Source of the DNA: Calcarisporiella thermophila CBS 279.70
Taxonomy: Eukaryota; Fungi; Calcarisporiellomycota
Direction of reading: 5' to 3'
Assembly (NCBI RefSeq): GCF_041956535.1
Contig: NW_027192201.1
Span: 734,206-798,205, forward strand
DNA length: 64,000 nt
The position numbers and the translations under genes are program-made. Shown in pieces: positions 52,019 through 64,000 of this stretch; within the stretch, counting starts at the first letter, position 1; the number at the start of each line of letters is the position of its first letter. Under the pieces are notes generated by a model, which saw nothing but the letters and a program-made list of their open reading frames with translations, was not told the DNA's origin and ran no database searches.

Positions 52019-52396
52019 GCGGGCGATGGGTCAACCGGTAAGAAGGAGCCTATTTCATCCCGGGGGCAGTTCTATTCGGAAGTGAAAAACGACTGGGCGA
52101 AACACCTCGAGAGGATTGGAATCCCGAAGGCCTCTAAATTTTTCGCGCTTCATTTATGTGGGGGGATTAACTTCATATTAAATTGGAGGAAGCCTTTTGC
52201 TGCATAACCTTTTTTCCTCTTACTTTTTACGTTTTCTATTGCCTTTTCTCTCCGCCTTGTCCTAGTTCCTTTTCAAAATCCTCCCGCTGCACCCCCCCTC
52301 CCCCCTATCCCCTCTACTCAAGATTGCCCGCATCCACTGATAAAGAAGACATTAGCATTCTTGATGCCAGCTACGCTTGCTACATTCCCACTAATT

Positions 52397-53188
52397 ATGG
52401 AGGATAGGAATCCTTTCCGACTTCCTAAATTTTCCATGAGACGCTACACGGACTACCCCCTTCTCGAGCCAGTGCTGCCCAAATCAGTCTTCGAGGCACG
52501 CTCTCAGGCCCTTCAGCATCTCGTCCACCAAAATCTGCCCAAATTAAAAGTGGATTGCATCGTTTTGCCCAGCTTGATCTTATTAATAATTTCTGCAGCC
52601 GCCTTTGGCTTGTCTGGATCCATTAACTACATGGTACGATTGGCAATATTTCTGCCCCCATCATTAACAGCCGTGATTTATTTCTGGACAAGGAAAAGCC
52701 AAGTAAGCCAAAAATTGCTCGAAGTAAGTTGCAAGCTTGGATGGCCACTCCCTCCCTTCTCTCAATGGACGAATGCATTTTATTTTTTATTCCTCTAGTT
52801 CGATGTTCATCTTAAGCATCTTTTGAAAGACTTTAATGCATCAGACACATCCCGTCATCGCGTAGTCTGGAGCACCCGTCGACTCGACATACAGCTCTAT
52901 TTCCTTTTCTGCTCCACGGATCAGTGGTACATCGACATTCGCGCAGCAGAAGACGAAGATATTGAAGATTTGCCTGTGTATTGCGCCGAGGACCCAGATG
53001 GGCCGCCAAGATATGATGTTGAGATCACAATACCAAGGGAGGAGAGTGCAAATGTTCCCGTCAGCCCACCTCCCCAGGCCGTGGACGCTGCTGCTGTTCT
53101 GCCACGAAGAAATGGCGTGCCCACACAGCCTCATTCTCTGCCTCCGCCCCCTTCCTATGAGATAGACGAATTGACGCGGAGGAGATGA
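52397..53188 (+). CDS. Small 2-TM membrane protein with C-terminal PY motifs (LPVY, PPRY, PPSY); N-terminus weakly Erf4/golgin-A7-like
   Basis: Intron about 52724-52798 joins MEDRNPFRLPKFS...SQKLLE to FDVHLKHLLKDFN...PPPPSYEIDELTRRR*. Confidence 0.72.
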
Positions 53189-53904
53189 CAGGCGCTCCGC
53201 TAAGCTATATTTTTCCGTCTCTATCTCTTCTTCTTTCTGCTCTCTTCTCCTCCCTTGCTATGGATAAAACATTCGAATTAGAGCTTTTCAGGTATTTTTA
53301 TTTATCTTTATGATATCCCTATTGCAATCACCTATGAACCAGTTTATATCCGGTCTTGTATCACCAATTTTCTCCCCCTATTGCCCTCCACACCCCCTCT
53401 AATAACTTAATCCTTTGTATTTGAACTTTTATTCTCGTCTTTTGTTTTCCCTAGGGGCTTACTTTCTCTCCCCGACTCCATTTGCTTATTCCAAAAAATA
53501 ACACCATGTGGACTAGAGCAATGAGCGTGCAGGCAACGATGGCGACTGCTGTCACCGTTACTCATCTCCGAGTGTTAATTTCGGGGTTCTAATAGCACAC
53601 GGTATTTCTTGCTTTTCAAAAGCCTTCAAGCCCTAAATAGGTGGCAAATTTAGAAATGATGAATCCCGGTGATTGGTATTGAAAATCAGAAACTGGGGGA
53701 TGGCTGAGAAACAAAATTATATTTATAGAGAGATTATTTTATCTTATCAGAGGCATGCGAGATAGCAATACAGTAAAGAAATACAGAATATATGTATATA
53801 TATATATATATAACACGGGGACGAATCGAAAGAGAAAATGAGAGTATGTCACAAATACACGACATATATTACATTGCAACTTCTCGCTCGGGTGTATACA
53901 TATC

Positions 53905-55827
53905 TTACAAGTTCGCCAAGCCATTACTCCCCACTCACTCCAGGAAAGCCGCCCTTTTCTCCGTAGGCCACTTGCAACTCCGCAAACTCTTTGGTCAGCT
54001 GCTGAATGGTGTAGGCATCCTGCTCACGCTCGGCCCTCAATCGGTCGTTTTTCCTATTAAGATCCTTGACCTCGTCTAGTAGGGCAGCTATTTCCTGCCT
54101 CACATCATCGGCAAACTAGGCATCACCGAGAAAACTCTATTAAAGCCCAGGTTAAAAAAAAAATGAGACGGGACCCACCTCAAGCTGCTGATAGTATTTG
54201 TCGAGCAGCTGGTCATAGTCGTTTTGCAGATGCATATATTGCGAGGTTAGCTGTTGATTCGTGTTTCTTTCGTAACGCAGTTGGTTTTCGAGATCGGAGA
54301 GCCACGTGCCTTGAAAAGGTTGGCCCGTTTTTGTCTACCATGTTGGATGAAGCATTATCAATCCTGGGGATGGATATTGTATGGGAGTGAAATCTGGAGA
54401 TTACCAAGAGCTCATTCTCTAGGGCAGAAATGCGCTTTCTCATTGCAGAAATCCGTATTTCATAGTCTGTACTAGTGGGGACTTCCATCGTGGCCTGGAT
54501 ATAGATCAAGTTAGTACCGGTAAAAGCGTCCGGGTTTTCGATAGGAGTCATGCCACTCACTCGATTTAGGGACTTGGGGTTTACATAAAAAGGCGCATGG
54601 GCTGAAAGTTTTCGCTAGAGGAGATTCAGTTGTAGTGAATTCTTCGCCATGACAAACAAGCACAGAAATCGTTTCATTACCTCGTCTTTTCTCAGCTCCC
54701 CATTGTGATAGGGGTCCCTCTCATTCGTTTCCACCATGTTTCCAAGATCAGCCATTAAGCTATCGAGGGTGGCGCTAAGGTCCATGGCCTTTCTGTTAGC
54801 CCTCAGGTCGAGTTCGCGTATATGCATGGGGTCTCGATCGAAAGCACGGTCTTTGGGTGGAAACATCTCCGCCGACTGGGTCTCTTGCTTGCCTGGGGGC
54901 AACACTTCAACCGGAAAGCTACTCTTTGTTTGAACAAGAGAGTCGGAATAGGGTGGGTGGGTTGTGGAAGATCTTTTTTGCAATATGTCGTTACTTCGGC
55001 TTGGCCGAAGCTTGTTAATTTCGTGAGCTGGGTGTATGGACGGGGGCTGCTCATAAGTGGGCTCGGGAAACATACTGGGTAGATAGGGGGGGTGGCTTTC
55101 GGGCATGGGGAAATCTGGAAGATCAGGGACATTTGGGAGGGATTTATTGCTGTAAGTATGCGCGTTAGCGCGAACAGGGCCGCTTGGGATGTGATCCAAA
55201 GCATTAGGGGGCATGGGAGGTTCCCTTTCTTCGTGGATAGTGTTCTGCTAATAAAATTAACACAACAAGACGAGAGAGTAGTCAGGAGTGAACTCACACA
55301 GCAAGACAGGAGTCTCATGTCGTTACCTTTTTTTCTGCGAGATCAGGGAAACGTTGTGTTAGTTCGAATAATATGTCGCTGATCAGGTCACGGAATTTCT
55401 GCTTTGGAAGGGTGGCAAGCTTATTGCGGGCTTGATTACGCCTAGGATGATATTCCTCTCGCATGGGGAGAGAGGATGCTGTTAACGAGTATAAAATGTC
55501 ATGTCTAACGTGGATAACAGTCGAAATCGGATAAACCGGAGGCCTACCTTTCATATTGCCATCGGCACGTCGAAGGAGCTCATCGTAGACATCAGTGGAG
55601 AGCTCGAAGAACTGTGTCCTCGTAAGCTTCGTGAGCTTATCGCGAGCCGTGGATGGAGCATTAGTGAAGACATCATCTATAGAAAAAATATAGGAAGCCC
55701 CATTATAGTCCGTTCCGTTCACAGTGGCCCATTTCAACTATTCACCTTGGCTGGCTTCTTCCCCGAGGTAATTTCGGAACGAAATGTAATGATTTCGAAT
55801 GTAATCGAAATTATCAACCGTGGGCAT
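53905..55827 (-). CDS. Spa2-like polarity protein (tandem GIT/Spa2 homology repeats and coiled coil), short form
   Basis: NHYISFRNYL; ARDKLTKLTRTQFFELSTDVYDELLRR; RNQARNKLATLPKQKFRDLISDILFEL; LDSLMADL; DYEIRISAM coiled coil; about 7 exons. Confidence 0.85.
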
Positions 55828-56512
55828 GGCTGGAATGTGGAATGATCGGCTTGAATAAAGAGAAATATTCTCTCTTTTCGTGCGGTTTCTATGTTTGTTT
55901 TTTTAACAAGGCCTATGGTGACAAATAATTCCAATATCCATGGTTAAGATACTGTTTTGTCTCGGTCACCGCCGCAAATATGCTAAATTTGACAGCTGAA
56001 CTTAGCCAGTCTTAAAACCCCTGCAGGCTTATTTAATATACAAAAGCAAAAATTTCAAGGAATGAATGGTGGTTTCCCAGCCATCGGGGGCAGAATCTTA
56101 GGTGCTAAAGCGAGGGGAGGGAGGGGGGTGTGGATGACAGGGGAATCGATGCTGAACTTTGTATTTAAACACTATCCCTAATGAAGCGAGACCTGCGAAA
56201 GCATAGGGAAATGTGCAGAAAATTTGTTTTACAATAGTTAACGGAAGAAAAATTAATTTATCAGATGTTTGTTCAAAGCGATCCAAGTGGATGGTTGTCG
56301 ATTTTGGCGTTGCATGCTAGAAAGGTGGCGAGGGGCAGTAGGATGGGACAGCAAATCGTGGAGAATTTTACGAGTAGCGGGCAAGAGGGAGGTTTAGGTG
56401 CAAATCTTTATTTACGTATTGGATCTAAGCCACAGCACCTGTTTACTTTGTTAGGTGATTGTTTTTTATCCAAGATCGCTCACGTACCTTTAAGGATCCC
56501 AGATCGCCCATC

Positions 56513-58237
56513 ATGTACCAGGACGCTTATGAAGATGAGGATATGCTCGTGGAGGCCGAGTTGGTCTCTACCGCCTACCCGGCCGAAGAGTTTGGGGATG
56601 AGTTTGTTGACGAAGGTATTTTAATCTTTGAATAGAATTATTTGTTTGTAAGGACGCATCCAATGGATTATTTATTTTGACTTTTTTTTATTCCAATAGC
56701 CGATTTTGCTCTGCAACAACAGCAATTCCTCCAGCAACAGCAGCTTTCCCTCGATGCTATCCCTGCGGTGGTGAAGAACTTCATAATTTATTTCCATCGC
56801 AATGTACTCGATAACAACGTGTATGAGCTACATGGAATCTACGAAAACACCTTCAATAAGCTGACCGAGAAGTTTTATTCGAAACAACCATGGCCCGAGG
56901 CCGAAGTCATTGCTCCCCTTGTGAATGATGATCAAGCATTTTTGACGCTCTACCGCGAGCTTTACTACCGCCACATTTACGCTCGACTAACCCCCACCTT
57001 GGAACACCGATTCCACTCCTATGAGAATTACTGCGACTTCTTCAACTATATCCTGAATTCCGATGGCCCCGTCAACCTTGAACTTCCCAACCAGTGGCTC
57101 TGGGACATCATCGACGAGTTCATCTACCAGTTCCAGTCATTCTGCATCTACCGCAACCGTCTGAAGAATAAATCCGAGGAGGAGCTTATCCTGCTCCGCG
57201 ACAATCCCCAGATCTGGAGCTGCTATAGCGTACTGAACGTGCTCTATTCCCTGATCCAGAAATCGCGGATCATGGAGCTGCTGATGGTGAGCAAACATGG
57301 CGGTGACATTGCCGAGGCCGCCGGCGAGTACGGCTCTCGCCCTCTCTACAAAATGCTTGGCTACTTCAGCATCGTTGGTCTCCTGCGCGTGCACTCCCTC
57401 CTGGGTGACTTTGCCCTTGCCCTGAAGATGATGGACAACATCGAGCTGAACAAGAAGGCGCTCTTTGCACGTGTGACTGCATGCCACGTTACCACCTATT
57501 ACTACGTCGGTTTCGCGTACATCATGATGCGTCGCTACGTCGATGCGATCAAGGCATTCTCACATATTCTCGTCTTCATCCAAAGGACAAAACAATACCA
57601 CAGCCGGTCCTCCTATCAGTACGACCAAATCAACAAGAAGGCGGACCAGATGTACGCGCTATTGGCCATTTGCGTTGCCCTGTGCCCAACCCGACTAGAT
57701 GAGAACATCCACGCCAACCTGAGGGAGAAGTATGGTGAGCAGCTTGCCAAGATGCAGCGCAACGACGAGACCTCGCTGCAAACCTTCGAGGACCTCTTCC
57801 TCTACGCTTGTCCCAAATTCATCTCGCCCAACGGCCCAACCTCGGAGGACCCTTCGCCCTCCGCCGAGCCGCAACGCCACCATGCCCGCATCTTCCTCGC
57901 CGAGGTGCAAAACCAGATGCTGATCCCCACGCTGCGCTCCTTCCTCAAACTCTACTCCACCATGGGCACCGACAAACTCGCCTCCTTCCTCGACATCACA
58001 CCCGCGGAACTCCGCACCCAACTTCTGATCTTCAAGCAGAAATCCCGCCAGAGGCGGTGGACGGAGGGCACTCTGCTGGAAGGGGAGGTGGCCACCACGA
58101 GCGATCTGGACTTCTGCGTCAAACAGGATGTCATTCACATTGCCGAGTTCCGTGTCGGCCGACGATATGCGGACTGGTTCCTGCGGAACGCAAGCAAGTT
58201 TGAGGACATTGTTGCTGGACTAGAGCAGAGGGGCTAA
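56513..58237 (+). CDS. EIF3L: Translation initiation factor 3 subunit L
   Basis: LYRELYYRHIY, ELPNQWLWDIIDEFIYQFQSF, MLGYFSIVGLLRVH, YACPKFISP, LRSFLKLYSTM; one 5' intron. Confidence 0.95.
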
Positions 58238-58602
58238 ACCAACGGACGGGAGCGTGTGATGTCTATTTTGTTGATGGGATTTTTTTTTTTTGTTGGCGAA
58301 TTTATTTTACCTTCACTAGGACTGCCGAAAAATAAAAAAAGCACCTGTTTTACTTATACGTATAATAAATATCTTTAAAACAAAAACACAGTGGGAGGAG
58401 GGGGAGAAAAGTGTTTGGTTCAATTGAAATAAATATAATCCAAAAAAAAAACAAAGGAGGGTATAGGGAGCTAGTCCAGCTAGGTGCTACAATGCTTAAA
58501 TATAGGGGATGGAACGGGGAAAATAACAACCAAAAGAAACATTGGCCACATACAGTTGAAGAAACAAAATAAATAGAACACAAACTGAAAGAATGGAATA
58601 AA

Positions 58603-60821
58603 TCATGCAAAGGTAACCTTTCTCTCTTTAGCAAGCAGGGAGCCCTCCTTGAACGGTCTTTCCTCAGGGAAGTTTATCAGAGTTCTCCCGGCTTCTATCC
58701 CCTGACCAGGTGGCGGCGAACCATGGCCATAGGCATGGGTGCTTGTGTGGACTTGGAATGCAGAGAGCGGCGAGTGAGTGTGAGGGGATGAGGAGAGGAG
58801 AGATCCCTCGCTGAACTTGATCCCCTCCTCAAGATGCACCAACTTTGGGCTTCCATTTTCGACCATCCGACGTTCCGCTTCGGAAGGCGACATACGCTTT
58901 CCTTTCGGTATGGCCGCCGGAGAATGGGACATGTCGAACTTCGAGCTAGGGGCTGGATGGACTCTGCTGCGAGAACCAGGTATTGGGCGAGGAGAAGAGG
59001 GATGGGGGCTAGGGGCAGAGGAAGGGGGAGAGGACGAGATCTTGGGCGAGTGCACAGCGGCAGGAGAGCGGGCGGTGGGAGTCGAACGAGGCACCGACGG
59101 CGAACGCGGAGAAGGAGAACGTGAGGAAAGGATGTCTGCGGAGATAGGAGGGCGGGGTATGGGTTTAAGCGGGTCCTTCACACGGTCTGGATATTGTTCA
59201 TACATATGTTGGTTCTGAAGGAGAAGCGAAAAATTACAAAGCATCGTTCAGTATCGGTGTCAGCCCACTCTTTGCCAATGGTGTCTCACCTTTGTAACAC
59301 GGATGCTCAACACCCAATCCTTCATTTTATCGAAATGCTCGGCACACAGAAAATGCACATAGTCCTCCGTGTTTTCATAAATTCGTGCACGCTCCTGGGA
59401 TTTGAGCGCGAACATGAACTTGGTCGGGGACTTACGCAGCGGTCTCTTGATGTAGCAAACGTCGTAATTCTTTATGCTACATAGAAGCGTTTCATTTGTA
59501 CCCTATTCATTTTGTACCATAATCAATTAATTGCCCGCTCTCCCTATTTGTTACAGCATACAGCAAGCCAACTCACCTTGTTGTCTTTGCTGTGGTATAG
59601 ACAGTCATCTCTCCAATAGACAAATCGCTTCTGCCACTTTCCCTTTTTCATCTCCACGTGCAGCCATCCATAGAGCTGGGGATAGCTGTTTCCGGTTACA
59701 CTTGATGCAGTTAGAGTATCACGGAGAGGATACTTGACAAGAATCAGACGATTGGAGCTATCGAGCTCCCATGAGCCAACCACGTCGGTGAGTATCTCCC
59801 ACTCTCTCACTGCTCGCTCAACCCCATAGTCATCCACGACTTCGAAGAGAGCCCAATCGTCGCTCTCATCCATGCACCCCTTTTCTCGGAGATATTTCAT
59901 GATCATGCCCACCGTCATCTGTGAGGTGATTTGGAGAGTCTTAAAGTGGCTGTAATCGGCAATATAGATACGAATGGTCATCTATATCGTCAACATATGG
60001 GTCAGCTATCTAGTGGCCGCAAATATCAATATAGGATCCGTACCTTTACAATGCTGGCCTCTTGCATTTTTTGCAGTGCAGTTTTGATCTTGTCCGCATG
60101 GACATAAGCCTTCAAGGGCGGTTGCTTCTGTGAAGGAGGTTGCGCCGAAGCTTTATACTGCGCATGGACCGTTGTCACGAGCTTCTGGAACTGATGTATC
60201 CTACTTTCAGGCGAAGAAACTTGAAGGGGTTTTTCGTCATCGCTGGTGGCCGCATGATAGCGCTTCTTTTCCACCTTAGCAGGCTTTTCCTCCCCTTCGC
60301 TACCACTCGATAAACCGCCTCTTCCCTTCTTAAGTAATAGGCCAATAGGTTTATCGTCTTTTTCCTTTTCATCTTCTCTTTCTTCTTCAAAAGAGATCAC
60401 TTCCTCTTCTTTCTCAGAAATCTCACGCTCCTCTTCTTGTCCATATCCATCCCGATCATCATAAGTTCGCTGATGCGCCCCGCCAAACTTTAATTCAGGC
60501 TTAGGTTTCTGCGCCGAGTCTGCAGGCGGATGAGGATGCCTTCGTAAGGTATTATTCAATTGATCTAGCTCATCTTGAAGTGCATCAAAGGTGGGTGAGA
60601 ACTTGGCCACTGGAATGGATGCAGCAGGATGGGTGGCAGTAGGCGATCTCTTGGTCGTTTCTGTTACCGGTATTCCTTTCTCCAGCCCCTAAGAAGAGAT
60701 ATGAATATTCTCCATCATTACCTACTCTCAAGAATGACAAATCATAGGAGCATCTTACAGCTGTGAGTTCGCACACGGTCTGTTCCAATTCATGAAGAAG
60801 ATTATCTAGAGCTGCCGTCAT
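58603..60821 (-). CDS. RA-PH domain protein (Grb7/MRL-like tandem) with a Pro/Ser-rich tail
   Basis: TIRIYIAD..WALFEV..GVERAVREWE (RA); LYGWLHVEMKKGKWQKRFV..FALKSQ..WVLSIR (PH). Confidence 0.8.
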
Positions 60822-61265
60822 TCTGCGAGGAGATCACATAAGCTAAGGAAAGATGGGCGATGGAGGGATTGTGGGAGAACAAAAAATAAAAGGACTGCCA
60901 ACAGAGCAAGCGAGGAAATAAAAAGCAGGATACAACCACAGTGGAGAAAAAAATAAAAACAAGGGCTGTCTCCTCCTTGTTCAAACAGAGGTGCAACACA
61001 AAACAAGCACCCGTCTTCAGCTACTAAAGTTAAGAACAGACTTGGAGCGAAAATGTGGCCAGAGCTTTTCATTTACTTGTTCCAAATTGATAGAGTGATA
61101 CTTGTGCCACTGTAACTGCAATCTCATGCATTTGGGGTATCACCGCGCCAGCTCCCTGGCCGGTGTTTCGATCTAATATTTGAATCAATACGGTTCCACT
61201 CAATTCTATTAAATAGCATCCAAATTTCTATAAGCTGATTGATTTTCAGATAAAATGATGATGTT

Positions 61266-62634
61266 CTAATTTCGTAAAAGCTTCATGGCCGATTCGTATC
61301 TAATCGCATCGGATCAGAGGAGGGAGGAAAAAGGAAAAGGAAAACAGGCACGTTAATACCGGCAAGTTAGTGAAAGCTGGGCAGCTTCATAAACACTTAC
61401 GCAAAAAAGGTAGCTGCATTAGCGGGAAAGGCACGAGCAAGCGTAGGCGTAAAGCCCTTGAAAAATGACTTCACACCCATCTTCTGTGCGACTAGTGCAC
61501 GGAAGCAGTCTGCGGTCGACTTATAGCTACCCGCCGCCAAAATAATTTAGAGGATTGGATATTTCAATAGATCGAAATGAATGGTCTTGTACCTGGTATT
61601 GTTCTGCATCCGGCTCTTCAATACATCCTGTGGATAACATGGCAACCATGCAGCTATCCCCGCAATACCTCCGGCGAGCAGCAAATCACCGCTCGTTAAG
61701 TCTGTGTCTTGTTTGTTGGACGCTAACCACCGTTTCATCCCCTCATAGGCGACTAATAGAAAAGTAAACAAACGGAGCTCGAGTGAAACACAATTAGAGC
61801 TACTCACAGAAATACGATGCATAGGATGGGACATCTCTAATAATGGTAATGGTAATGCCTCGATAAAGTCCTGCTAAGCCTCTATCTTTGAAGGTTCGTA
61901 TCCCACAGTCAATCACGCCCTTGTACTACGTAGAAGGATATTGAATCCGTCAGTTTAAATGCCTCAATGAAAATCTCCAAAGGCGCTATATCTCACTGGA
62001 GTTCCCCGTATTTCAGAAACAGGCATTGTATTCTGTGCCTGTAGCTTCACTTTTAGCAATTCTACAGGACAGTTTGCGAACGCCATCACCGAACCCGCCA
62101 ACCCCCCCGCTAGTGTAATCTCTGCCAACGATAGAACTCGCGACTCATCGCCACCTTGCAATAAGCGACGGAAATTGCCATTGGCCGAGAATAAAATTGC
62201 ATTGCTAAATATTTTATAAGATACACATCAGATAGATTAATGGAGTGTGTAGGTAACCAGCAAATGTACCAGATGCCGATTCCCATTAATGGTGATGCAA
62301 CTCCTTTATAAAGTCCACGAGGCTATAAAATGAGATGGTTTTTAGAAAAATCGAGGTAAAATTGAATATCCTCGAGCCTACCCCTTCCTCTTTTAGAGTA
62401 ACTTTTACACAGTCAATGGCGCCCTTATACTTTGGCGGGTCCGGTTGCGTCTGAAGCCTCACCTTCACTGTGTCGAAAGGGTGGCCTGCAAAGCACCTGC
62501 GATATAGGTTAAAGCCACAAAAAACCAATGAAAATAAGATACTTGCCAACTATAACTTGAGACCACCCCCCAACGGTGCCTCCAATGAATTCTTTTAAGG
62601 ATTTTACGAAAGCCTGGTCCTCTTTGGCCGTCAT
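61266..62634 (-). CDS. Mitochondrial carrier (carnitine/acylcarnitine or basic amino acid subfamily), multi-exon
   Basis: Three carrier signatures GHPFDTVKVRLQ, CPVELLKVKLQ, YPQDVLKSRMQ; RDVPSY; RAFPANAATF; first intron is GC-AG. Confidence 0.9.
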
Positions 62635-63552
62635 TTTTGATGCAATTTTTAAAATTATTGGGGAGGAGGAAGCCTAATAATAATAATTTGCCTGATAAAA
62701 TTTGAATCAATATTAATTGAGCTCCAGAAGTAGCGCAGCTGTGACTTTTTACTTTAATCAATCTCCGTTGATAAATTTAACCTTCTTTTAACGACTCAGT
62801 TGCGCTATTAATGAGAGAAAATATAGGGATGCTGACTTCTTAGAAACCGGGTGGTGAAGGAGGGTTTATTTGCAAAATGTGTTATCCCATTTTTAACAAT
62901 ATTCTAAGATTTATCATATCGGCGATCTAAGTATAAACATTCGAAAACAAAACGTAATTTACTAAACAGCATAGTCTCAGTTTATTCTGATGATTGAGTT
63001 ACTTCCTCACCTTTGTGAAGTTTCAAAAATATCTTCAAAGCCAATTTTTAAAATATATTTATTCTTTTTGAAGCCATTGAAATTTCTAGACACCCACATT
63101 TTATATGTTCTTGAATGAAAAAAGAAGTATGCTCTAGTGAGAGAGTTTTGTCTTTTCAGTCAGCTAGGTGACATAGGGTACACCGTTACTATAGCTATAG
63201 CATTGATTCGCGAGATTTTGCTAGCGTTACTAAGAGGTGAATAACGAACCTATTTTAAACACCTACAGAAAAGTCAATATTAATATCAGGCCAAAGGAGG
63301 GCGCAGTCGTGACTGTACATCAGCCACATGTTGTTTCGTCATGACAATTTCAGCTTCCGACCTTGATTTTCTTTTCACTTTCTTTTTACCCTGACCTTAT
63401 TTTTTCCCCTTCTGATAATAGCTGATTATCCGGTGTTTTCCTCTCCTTTTTATTCCTCCTCCTTCAGCGATAACTGCCATTTTATAGTTTTGGAAACCAA
63501 AGAGAAAGATTGAAGCGCGGGAGGAAGAATACTAGTAAAAAGAACAAGTACA

Positions 63553-64000
63553 ATGGATGTTACATCGTCAGGGGAGGAACCGCAGCGTCCGTTGAATGTG
63601 CGCGACGCGCTCTGTTACCTCGATCAGGTGAAGCTGCGTTTTGTAGGACAACCGGATGTGTATAATCGATTTCTTGACATTATGAAGGATTTCAAGAGCC
63701 AAGCGTGCGTATATTTGTGGGATTTACATAAAGTGCAGAATTGCTTAATCTTTATTTGTATTCTATTAGAATTGATACTCCAGGTGTCATCGAGCGTGTT
63801 TCTAAACTCTTCAAAGGGCATCCAGGACTTATTTCTGGATTCAACACATTTCTCCCACCTGGGTACCGGATTGAGGTTCCGGATCCCAACCAACCTGACA
63901 TAATTAGAGTTATCACCCCCAAGGGCACATCTCATCTTGGCTCTCCGCCCCCAGGCATGCATGCGCCTGCCTATCCTCCACCTCCACCCCCGCCCTCCTA
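63553..64000 (+). CDS. SIN3: Sin3 co-repressor, 5' part (PAH1 domain); runs off the window
   Basis: [35 protein letters not shown]|[35 protein letters not shown]. Confidence 0.93.

Noticed and set aside
53186-53575. Selenocysteine recoding (TGA stop plus ATGA..AA as a SECIS)
   Set aside because: No 3' GA quartet strand at the right spacing and no redox motif at the TGA.

Overview
Intron-rich, gene-dense nuclear DNA from a fungus. An early-diverging lineage (Mucoromycota/Zoopagomycota-like) is inferred from gene content: Era, eIF3L, IFRD, a cationic-amino-acid-transporter-type permease and a 3D-domain protein. I rebuilt 23 spliced protein-coding genes by hand from GT(GC)-AG introns. In order: IFRD-domain protein, DUS3, aspartate aminotransferase, complex I B8/NDUFA2, Atf1-like bZIP, secreted 3D-domain protein, Msb2-like mucin, kinesin-5, C2H2 factor, chitin deacetylase, Spt23/Mga2, Era GTPase, Ran1/Pat1-like kinase, APC permease, Sfp1, Fig4, an orphan protein resembling C14orf93/transposon accessory ORFs, a PY-motif membrane protein, a short Spa2-like protein, eIF3L, an RA-PH protein, a mitochondrial carrier and the 5' end of SIN3. 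No tRNA, rRNA, CRISPR array or intact transposon was recognised. Best leads: (1) a secreted bacterial-type 3D (MltA-like) domain protein with an acidic-then-polycationic linker; (2) an unannotated, densely base-paired ~800-nt intergenic segment (about 51.2-52.0 kb) that looks like a structured RNA; (3) a PTS2 signal encoded on its own first exon of the aminotransferase; (4) a possibly domesticated transposon accessory gene. All family calls come from motif recognition by eye; no database searches were run.
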